Shown here piece after piece: positions 53,801 to 64,000 of a DNA stretch of 64,000 bases. The notes beneath the pieces were generated by a model that was not told the origin of the DNA, did no database searches, and saw nothing but the letters and a program-made list of their open reading frames with translations. The stretch covers positions 14,694,001 to 14,758,000 of the forward strand of contig CM022678.1 of assembly GCA_012295275.1 (NCBI GenBank). Direction: 5' to 3'. The translations under genes and the position numbers were made by a program. This stretch comes from Chrysomallon squamiferum. Taxonomy: Eukaryota; Animalia; Mollusca. The first letter of the stretch is position 1. Every line of letters starts with the position of its first letter.

Positions 53801-54822
53801 AGTAACAATTAGTTTATGCAATCTGAATTCCTTGTTAACATTTCCTGGTTTATATATTTAAAAAGATTTTTAGTCATTGATAAATAATAATTAAAAATAC
53901 AATATTTCTGATTTATTTTATAATAGTGCTATATCTGTTGAGCTGTATTACATTTTTGCCACGCTGTGGGGAAGAGAGCAGTATACATTATTTGGAGTTC
54001 TTTTCATTGTTTACGGCATTCTTCTGAGTGTGACCGCTTGCATCTCTGTGGCCTTGACCTACTTCCAGTTATCTGCTGAGGATTACCGATGGTGGTGGAG
54101 GTCTATATTCAGTGCAGGGTAAGATTAATTACTTGTCATCAGCTTTTATAAAAATTAATTTTTCTTTTTTTCCAAAACAAAAAAAGAATTGAAAGAGGAC
54201 ATTTAAACTTCAAAATTACTAAAATCAAATGCTTTTACAGCTGATGTTGACAATCCTTTATTAAAATAATTTACTTTTAATAATATAATTATAATATGAT
54301 AATCTCTTTATAAATTACTGAAATATAATTTATTTTATTTAATATTATTTATCTAATTTTTATTTGTAATTATTAAAATGAAAATTACAATATCAAAGAG
54401 AGATAAATTTGAATCTAAACATGAGAAATTATTAACAGTTAGCATTTGCTTATTAATCAGACATTTTACTGTTGTAAAAGTTATTTTTAAAAAATAAATT
54501 ATATGTAATTATTTTCTGTAAATGCTCTTCTATTTATCTGAAATATCATTTAAGTATTAAAAATTTCAGTTTAAAAGCTTAGGAAATAAACCCATAAGAA
54601 ATGTTTTTCTTTTATTTCAGATCAACAGGTTTGTTTGTATTCCTCTACGCTCTGTTCTACTATTTCAAGCGATCTAACATGTCTGGCCTGCTGCAGACAG
54701 TGGAGTTCTTTGGTTACACAGTTCTTACTTGTTATGTTTTCTTCCTCATGCTGGGAACAGTCTCGTTTTTTGCATCTCTAAGATTTGTTAGATACATTTA
54801 TGTTAATTTGAAAATGGATTGA
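46074..54822 (+). CDS. TM9SF1: Transmembrane 9 superfamily member 1, 584 aa
   Basis: 15 exons: 46074-46151, 47497-47586, 47878-47959, 48190-48294, 48651-48769, 49118-49227, 49440-49503, 50038-50109, 50422-50569, 51195-51320, 51565-51657, 52238-52348, 52663-52825, 53927-54118, 54621-54822. Total 1755 nt, GT-AG. Signal peptide, [62 protein letters not shown]-terminal YIYVNLKMD*. Confidence 0.96.
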
Positions 54823-55809
54823 GATCTTGTTGTACACAGTCCAGAACTGTGAAAGGAATTTGATAAAAGCTCCCTCTTACTAAGTGATAGACTGATATAA
54901 AATTGTACACAAATAACATCTAAATACTAACACAATGTCATTTAGATGTATTCATAGTGCAGTTAAAAAATTAAGATATCTATTCATATGATGAACTGGG
55001 ATAATATCTAAATAGCAACATAAAGTTATTTAAAAGTATCCACAGAACAGTTCAACAAATATATTTTTCATATGATGGGGTAACTTTCATTAGTCTTGCA
55101 TAGGTTAAATAAAGAACAATGTTTGCAAAGAAATAATACAACAGTGTTTTGTTGTAAAAAGTTCAGTTTACTAATAGAAAACTTCCTTATCTGCTTTGTA
55201 GTTCTTACATAGATACATCAATTATAAAAAGAATAAACTTTAATTATGTAAAGAGCAAATTTAAAACAAAGTTTAATGTAGAATTACAATTTTCTTAGTT
55301 GTATACATCAGGTTTTAAGATCTGTTTAATTTCTTTAACAAATATGTAGAATTCGTTATGGAAGTGTTAATTTTAGTTCACATATGTTCCCTTGTTGGTG
55401 TATTACAGGCTTGAATATTTCTCTAGTTTTTATCAGTTGGACAGGTATTATAATACATTGTTATTGCTAATGGAAGTTAGTTAATGTGGTGTTTTTTTTG
55501 GCATTATTTAGATAAGTATAAAAATAGTACTACTTGATTTTAAAATACTCTAGATTAATGCAGATTATCATAGATACTTTTTTGTTATTTCTTTTCATGA
55601 TTTTTCTTTTTTACTTTTTTTTTTACTTTTATGGAAGTTTTTTTTTTTCTTACATAATTTGAAAAAATAGAATATGAGTAATTCTCTGCTGCTAAAAGAT
55701 ATTATAATGTTGAGACGTGTACAACATATATATTTCTAATAAATTTATCTATTTTAATTTGAAATAACATGATTCTTATCAACTTGAAATATTTTATTGT
55801 ATTAGTTAG

Positions 55810-55842
<33 letters not shown>

Positions 55843-57563
55843 AAATTAAGTACTTCAGATTTTCTACTCAATTTATCATCTTTTCATAATTTGATATGGA
55901 AATGTGTAGGTTACTTTCAAGGAATATTTGTTATGGGAGATGCCAGATCTGCTTTTTAAATTTCTTTTAATTTTTTTTATAGAAGTATGTTAACATTTAC
56001 TGTGGGTACATTTTAAATTTATTGTGTGGGTATGCTTGTGGATTATTGCTTAGCACTGGGTTTGTTTTCTTTTGAGTGTAAAAATTGTGTGGGAATATAA
56101 CTGTGAAGTTGTTATAACAGTTCTGTGTGCCTGTGTATGTAATGTAATAACTAATTTGTTTTCAGATAAAAAAAATCTATTTGACAATACTTACAGTTTA
56201 AGGTGTTCTGATTTAAACTATTTCCTTGTTGAAAAGAGGATTTGTTTTTCAAACAAGAGTTTTTAATATTGGCCTGAAAATATAGTTTAGTAAAAAACTC
56301 ATATTTGACTTTTTTTTTCTCTCATTATTATTATTATTATTATTAGGTTTTTCTGCATTTATTCAACAGCAGAATTCATTTTCTGACAGTCATATAAAAC
56401 ATGAACAAAAGTTGTACAGAGTTAAAAACATATCTGACTGTAAAACTGCAGGAACTGTTTTCTGTGTTACAGATGTAAATTGTTAATATTTGTACATATG
56501 TTTGAAAGCTTATTTATGTTGTTCATTTTTAAACCTAATGTTTGTAAATTTTTTCCAGGTTTTGATGTATATAAACATATATACATATATTATATATTGG
56601 TTCACACATGCTGTTCATTCATAACAGGTCATAATAAAAAATAATCACAAAGCAATTTGTTTTTGTTGAAAACTGTTTCTATGAGGGCTTTTGATCTTTT
56701 TATTTTATTTTTTTAAAGAAATAATAAACTAAACAAAATTTCTACTTTCATAAGTTTTTTTTTTTTTTTTTTTTTTGGTTACGTCATTAACATGGAGTTT
56801 AATTCCATATTTGTCTAACAGTAACAAAACTCTTTAAAGTATGTTATGTATTTAAGGAGAACAATTAAATGTAATTTTTTTTCAAAATAATGATTTAAGA
56901 GAAGACGTGCTACCACAACAGGCCACTCTTACTTGCTAGAAAAAGTAACTTTTATTAGCATTTCCCATAATCAGTAACAAAATCCTTGTGATCTCACTGT
57001 CTTGAACTGGATTACAAGCCATTTAAAAACTCAACAACCATGTAATAACTGCAGGTGATGAAAGTAATGACAAAATAACGTTGAGTTGAAAAAGAAGTTT
57101 GTTTTTCGATAGATGGTATTTAAGCAAGTAATTTCATTTCTCATGTGACTGAAATATACATGTATACATATTCTGAAAGATGATCAAAATGGCACATACA
57201 AGTAAATATGTACAAATATCAAAATACGTCTTTGAAATTCATTTAAAAAAACTATAAACTTTTGTTGCAACATTATATTTCTCGAATGCTTCAACTAATG
57301 AATTGGCATTTATTCCTCTTAAAGCATTCATATTTAGAACAGAAATGCCATAAAGCTTAAATTTACATTTTTATTACTTATGGAATGTAACAACAGTTAT
57401 TAGTGCACCTCTACATGCATTCACTAATCATATTTTATTATTCAGCGAAACATGATCTCTGTAGATTTTTATTTCAACACCTTTTTTTCCCCACACAATA
57501 CACTGAAAAACTAGTAAACAGAAATATCAAAAGAGTTATTCTTATCACTACACAGAATACTTG

Positions 57564-57595
<32 letters not shown>

Positions 57596-57810
57596 TATTA
57601 TTATTATTTAAGAGACCCTTTCAATCAAAACTTATAAAACAGTCTATGAAATAACAAAACAAATACATTTATATTTTTTTCAAAATATGAATTAACGCTA
57701 ATCAACACAGTCATAAAACAATTACCAAATAACTGAAGAAATAGAATTTTTTACATATATAAAATTAGAAAATTATGATAATTTAGATGCTAACAATATG
57801 AATAATAATA

Positions 57811-59694
57811 TTAAAGCTTTTTTTGGTGAGCAACCCCTAAAATTTTCTTTCTTTGTGTCATCATATGAAGATACAACTGTGGAAAAACTGCAAAAAAAAA
57901 AAAAGTTATTTTTTAATGTACAATAAAAATATTTATAAACAAATAAATTAACAAACAAATTCGGATATATAGCAAATTATTATGAAAAAAAAAAAAAGAG
58001 TTCAAAAAAGGAAAGCTAAAACTAAAGCAGACAAATTTTGTAGACTAATTTTATAAAATTTTATCACTTCATAATAATTATGGGACAGAAATACAATAGT
58101 GTATTAAAAAGATTAATTATGAGGAAACACTTACATGGAATATACATGAGCATGACAAACCACAGATAGTAATAGAAGTTAAATGATATGTTCAGTGCAT
58201 TGGGAAGTTCAATACTGTACAGCCTGGTTGTCTTCACATAGGAAAGAGATTCCCAGATGACAAGTAGCTCTCCCTAAATAAAGACAAAAAAATTATTTTG
58301 TTTTAACTTGGAAAAAACAAAATATCATTAATATAATGTATGTAATTAAAGCAAAAGGTAGAAATTAATATAATAATATTAACTACTTAACAAATTTTAA
58401 TAAAAGATTAACTATTTTGAGTATGTTCAGGTATATATAGAAATATAGAACCTATGAAAAAGACCCCTATCAAAAAACAATTTCTTCTTTTTTTATTAAA
58501 TAGGTTTTGAAATTTTTTACAAGATAAGAAATTAAATATATATATGTATGTATATATATATATGAAATGTTTTACTTTTTTCTCCTTATTTTGTGTGTGT
58601 GTCAGAGTCTGTGTGTGTGTGTATGTGTGTGTGTTTTTATTTAAAAAAGAGTTTAATACTCACTGTGACCCCAAGAGGATACAGCACAATGAATAAAGTG
58701 TATCTGAAATATAATTTGTTTAAAAAATATGTTTACAACAATTACATTCATACACAGTTTTACTGACACACGCCAATATAATTTCTTTATTATAAAAAGT
58801 TCTAACTGAGAAATGTATATTTAACAACCTAGCCTACTGAATGCATCTAGATTTTATTATCTTAAAGTTTTTTAATACAGATCATGATTAAACAAGACTT
58901 CACCAAATCAATCATATCAATCTTTCACATGTCTCTCACCTTACACACAATAAATCCATATTGATTATCAATACACTCACAGGCAAAAAATATTTTGCAA
59001 TTTTACTTGAATAACGGAGACTGGCAGACAAAAACAATAAATGCAAAATTGACACAGATTCTTTGTAATAGGTTTGTTGAAAGCATAGTCACACAAATAC
59101 TGTTGCTTGACATATAACTTACCTAAGCCAGATTAAAGTATGTGGCACCTGACCAAGCAAGGAGAAAAAGTAAAACATGTATCGGATAATTTCTGTCACA
59201 GTCCAAGCAAACAACAACATGCAAATGCCATAACTGACTTGAACCTGAAAAATAAAGTTATTTTTTCTGTATAAAAACTAAAAATAAAACACAAAACAAT
59301 TAAAATATTTTTACTTGAACTACTCATTTTTCAGGCTGTATAAATTTTTACCTGTATAAATTGTTCATATTTGTACATGTATTTGAAAGATTATTTATGG
59401 CCTTATTCTAAACTGCAAATTGTTCAACATCACCAAAAAATATAAACTATGTTAACAACTATAATTTTATGTTAGAAACCTGTAAATATTTATACTTTTT
59501 AGCTAAAACACATCTTTTTCTTTCACGAAGAAGAAATGTTTCCTCTAATAATGGGTAAAATATTTTTAATCTACAATAAATTATATGGCATCAAATATTA
59601 AAAATGTATCTGTGATTCAATCAAATTGTTTTAAATTCATTTAAACCCTTACTATTAATCTTATTTTTGGCATTGTTATAGTATATATGTGTAT

Positions 59695-59741
<47 letters not shown>

Positions 59742-61537
59742 GCAGACAGAACCAAACATTAAGTGAATTAAGCGTTGACTCACTCTGCTCACACTGTGGA
59801 TAACTGCCCACAGAACAAAAACTCGTGAGTAGACTTGTACAGCTGTAAGAATCACATTGGATCTGACAAATCCAACAGCACAATGTACAATCTGAAATAG
59901 TAAAACAGTTCATAATAAAAAAATGAGTGTACACAGAACCCTGAAACTTAAAATGATAAAAATAATTCCTGTAATATAAAATGTGATAATAATAAAGGAG
60001 GTCTTTAATATATATAAACATACAGAGTGCAGCTGAAGTAATGCCCTTTTTATATTTATCTATTTTCATTTAACAAAATGCAGTATACTATATTTTCTTT
60101 CTTTGTGTCATCATATGAAGATACAACTGTGGAAACACTGCAACAAAATTAAAAAATATATCTATATATATACATATTGTAAAAAAAAGAGAAAAAATGT
60201 ATGTATTTTTTATGAAATGCATACAAAATTATGAATATAAAACAGAAAATGTAGTAGTTACATTGCAAAAAGTTATAAAAACAGAAATAATGAAAGGTAT
60301 TATACAAATTATGGTATTTTATATTTTATCTAAGCATTTATTTAACTTTAAAAACTTTTTCAATGCAATCAAACATACTTCTAAAACTGCTGCTGTCTGG
60401 AAAATCTTTAACAGAACATTTACTTCATTGTACAGATTTTGGTAGCCTCTGGTGAAAAAATTACTGAAACCAATAATCAGCAAAATTGTCCATCTGAAAG
60501 AAGTAATAAATAAATAAATAATAATAACAACATAAAATGAAAAATAGTTAGAACCGATAATTAATATATTTTGCCATAATTCTATTCATACTTTATAATC
60601 TTGATATTTAGTAAAAATAACACTAACAACAATAAAATGAAAAATACTATAAAAACTTTAAATTGATGAATTTTGTCATAAACCTATTCATACTTCATAA
60701 CTGATAACTGTTTATGTGCTTAGTTGGAAAAAAAAAATAATAATGTCATGAAATGAAATGGTAAATTATTTCAAAAAAAATAATAATAATAATTATGAAA
60801 AACAAGAAAAAAAAAAAAAAATTAACTATTTATTAAGATGTATATCCATAATGACTGAAGTCAAGTGAAAACTAAAAATAGTGATTCTATTTTGTTTCCT
60901 CCTTTGAACGTTTCTCTGAATGTAATCAGCAAAAAGCAATCAAAAGGTTTATCAGATAACAAGCAATTATGTGATTCATGTTATCATTCTGTCATATGAC
61001 ATGCAATTTCTAAGCACAAACCTGAACATATCAAAAATGCTATATAATAAATACTTTAACCAAATAAGTTTCATATAAATAAATTCCATCGTGATGCAGT
61101 ATTAACGCCATGGGAACATGTTAATAAATTCAATTTGAATGCGGAACCGCTAGAATTGCAATAATGTCGTTTCATTGTAGTTCGGCAAACATTAACAGTG
61201 GTACACATCTGATAATTATGACCACTTTAATCATAAATGGTTGAAATAGTTATAATTTTTTTTTTTTTATATATATTTCTAAACACAGATAGTAACTAAG
61301 CTACACGGTACAGTTAGTAGTTACAAAGTTTGTCTGACACTGTCACGCCCGTGACAGAACGGAGTAAGTGATCCTTTCCCCGACAATAAGGTGAATGAAA
61401 ATGTTTATAATAAGTGCAGGTAAAAATAAAAGTGCTTTTTATTAGCAAAAATACCCTAGCATCTGTGAAACATTATACGCCACAAGGTAGGCTTTAATAA
61501 AAGCATTTTCTCCTTTCCCTGATTTCTTCGTCTCCAT
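57811..61537 (-). CDS. HACD2: Very-long-chain (3R)-3-hydroxyacyl-CoA dehydratase (HACD1/2, PTPLA family), 227 aa
   Basis: 7 exons: 61537-61455, 60493-60379, 59891-59784, 59244-59123, 58703-58664, 58273-58135, 57887-57811. Total 684 nt. Motifs YLVAYN, FQTAAVLEIVHCAVG, QVYSR, AWTVTEIIRY, catalytic RYTLFIVLYPLGVTGE, FPQLYLHMMTQRKKIL. HACD1 versus HACD2 cannot be resolved in an invertebrate. Confidence 0.92.
60088..60143 (-). pseudogene. Stray duplicate of the HACD terminal exon (with acceptor) inside intron 2
   Basis: 60092-60143 matches 57842-57893 with 1 mismatch in 52 bp; reads TTGCAG|TG TTT CCA CAG TTG TAT CTT CAT ATG ATG ACA CAA AGA AAG AAA ATA TAG. Confidence 0.8.
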
Positions 61538-61957
61538 ACCCAATGTAAATTGACGACAGAAGAAACCTTGAACTTTATGGTCTCATTTTGTTATTTGTAA
61601 ATTCCACCAAATTTGTATAAACAGAGAAAAAGAGTCATGATAGTTCGACACAACAGTTTAAAAAATATTAATGTTAAATATGGATATATATATATATAAA
61701 CATCATTGACGTTTGAGGTTTATTTCTCCTTGTTTAGACGTTAAGTGCTTGGGAAATTCCTCCAAAAACACGTGGGAAATTAAAATATAGTAAACATTGT
61801 CACTGGTGCTTTCTTAAGGAACCCAGGACAGTAATATAATTACTATACTTTTATCAGGATATATTGTTATTGTATATCAAAAGTGGGCAGAGGAAATAAA
61901 AATGTAATCGAAATCGAACTTTTGTAGAGTTTGTGTGAGGGTGCTGTACGCACCCGG

Positions 61958-62004
<47 letters not shown>

Positions 62005-62412
62005 AAGAAATAAATAATAAAATCAAGGAAAATCAATTTCTTGCATGTAATTTATACCGTTTTTCTTATAATTAATTAAAATGCATGCATACGTGTGTAT
62101 TTATATGTGTATGTATGTGTGTTTGTTGGTTTTTCTTGTTACCTTTCTTTGTTATTTATTTTTATTAAAATTTACTTTTGTTTATATTATTGTTATGTTT
62201 GTTGTTTTCATTCTGGATATTATTTAGTAATTAGAAATATATATATAAATTCTATTATAAGGAAATATTATTATTTTGTTTAATATGCAAAATAAGATTG
62301 TTAGCGCCGTCACAGTTATCTGAGTTACAAATAACAGTGTCTATGAATTCCACCAACGTGATGTATTTATATTCATACGTAAATGAAGTTTCCAGTGACT
62401 GGCTACGATAGA

Positions 62413-62414
<2 letters not shown>

Positions 62415-62507
<93 letters not shown>

Positions 62508-62527
62508 CAGCAGAAGCAGCAGTAGTA
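62415..62527. repeat. Compound (AAT)n(AGT)n microsatellite
   Basis: Directly visible; explains the poly-N/poly-S ORF at 62383-62598. Confidence 0.9.
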
Positions 62528-63620
62528 ATTTAACTAAACACACTAATAAATTATCCATAAAAAAACCCACTTACTTCAGTTTCACATATCTTATTTAGTT
62601 ATACTTTAAAACAATACTCTGAAATTATTACTATTAGTGTCAATATTTTATATTTTCTAAATATAAATTACAATGGTAGCTACGGCGGCAGAAAACAAAA
62701 CACTTTGCAGACAATATGATAATAGTTTCTAAGTTTTAAATTTATATTATTTATTTATTTTTTTTTTTATTTTGATTTTAGTAAAATCAATCCGGATAAT
62801 GTGACTTGTTAATAAGGCCGCCGTATATGCAGTTCGGAGAGAGAGATTTTGTTTATTTATTTATTTCTTCTTCGTCTTCTTTCCCGCTGTCTTTTCTTTC
62901 CTAAATACAATTTTCTTCTAATTTTTCTTTTTTCTTTTTTTAATTTTAATTTTAATTTTTTTTATTATTATTATATATTTTATTCATTGGGGTTAATTCA
63001 AACAGCACAAATTGTAGCAGCCACGGGATCGCTTGCTTCCTCCACAGCTAGTTTTGCAGACCAAAACTGAAAAGTAATCATTGTTTATCTGGCTGACCAG
63101 TCGCAGGTTCGTTGCAGTGGATCAACCTTTTAGCCACTGCCCCGACACAACTTCCAGTTGTTATTTCGAGATATAGCAAAATGATATTGGAATGAGTTGT
63201 GAACCAGAGCTGCATGGTTGCAGTAAGAAATCTCAAAATTAGTTGCGAAAAAAGATATCATATCGGAATTTCCATCACAGAATGACTCATCCCGCCATTT
63301 AGACGGATTTGACCGAATCAAAGAGCTGGTATTTAAAGTGGATGTCTGCTGAATCGTGCGCCTGCGAGGCTTTAAAGGTCTTTCCAGTGAGAGGGGAAAA
63401 TTAAAGTCGCTGTGGCGGACACGGAGTCACTTAATAAAGAGTATCTTTGCTGAAGTTTAAACTATTTAGAGGGTAAGTCGTCAGAATTTTCAGTGACCTA
63501 ACGGGACTCTCTCTGGATAGGTTACCTGTTTTAAAGAGCCATTATACATGATCAAAAAGTAATAATCAAAGGATAGCGTTCTTTTATAAACAGTTGTGAA
63601 AGTATTTTGTTTTCTTAATA

Positions 63621-64000
63621 CAGTGGTACTTTGACTTAAGAGTTTAATTCGTTCCGTGACCGAATCAAATATATCAAATCAAATTTCCCCAACTGAAATT
63701 AACTGAAATACCTATAATCCGTTCCAGACCTCCAAATACCACCACATTTTTAATTTTTTTAATTTTTTTTTTGTTACGTGTTTTTCAGAAAGAAAAATAT
63801 ATTTATAAATGACAAATATTATTAAAAAAATAATAATAAAAGGGAATGTAAAGAAATAAATTAGATTTGTAAAGTGTATTTACCTTGGAGATCAGACAAA
63901 TTATTTTAACTCCTTTGGCTGGAGTTACAGCCTTTATCGACTCCTTTAACTTCAGTATGGTGCATATCGTAGAAGTACTACACTCGTACTGCCTAACCAA
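63621..64000 (-). mobile_element. Tigger/pogo DNA transposon derivative (internally deleted, runs off window)
   Basis: TA|CAGTGGTACTTTGACTTAAGAGTTTAATTCGTTCCGTGACC is a Tigger-type terminus. Minus-strand peptide VRQYECSTSTICTILKLKESIKAVTPAKGVKII resembles the CENP-B-type HTH of Tigger transposases, then the similarity ends. Confidence 0.8.

Noticed and set aside
61445-61454. HACD intron 1 donor GTATTTTT as a U12-type intron
   Set aside because: Does not match the GTATCCTT consensus; no U12-type donor was seen in any gene here.
1-64000. Prokaryotic systems (CRISPR arrays, operons, defence islands), rRNA or tRNA genes
   Set aside because: The sequence is intron-rich animal DNA; no regularly spaced repeat-spacer array or intact tRNA/rRNA was seen. 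Most short ORFs in the track are microsatellite or AT-rich noise.

Overview
AT-rich eukaryotic genomic DNA with spliceosomal GT-AG introns. It is an invertebrate animal, and I infer a lophotrochozoan, possibly a gastropod. I rebuilt exon chains by hand for six genes: SNRNP25 (5'-truncated, +), DCAF13/Sof1 (-), ABT1/Esf2 (+), a ~30 kb dve/Compass (SATB-related) homeobox gene (-), TM9SF1 (+) and an HACD1/2-type 3-hydroxyacyl-CoA dehydratase (-). Also present are two copies of a Tc2/pogo-like MITE, a MITE with a 4-bp TSD, the end of a Tigger element and microsatellites. The main finding is in the dve/Compass gene: one shared N-terminal/ULD(CMP) exon set can splice in the same phase to either of two 3' modules. 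Module A is a Dve-type CUTL plus two K50 homeodomains (742 aa). Module B is a strongly SATB1/2-like CUTL plus one atypical homeodomain (431 aa). Each module is followed by its own copy of a near-identical ~95-bp block containing an AATAAA signal. All homology calls come from recalled protein sequences, not database searches.
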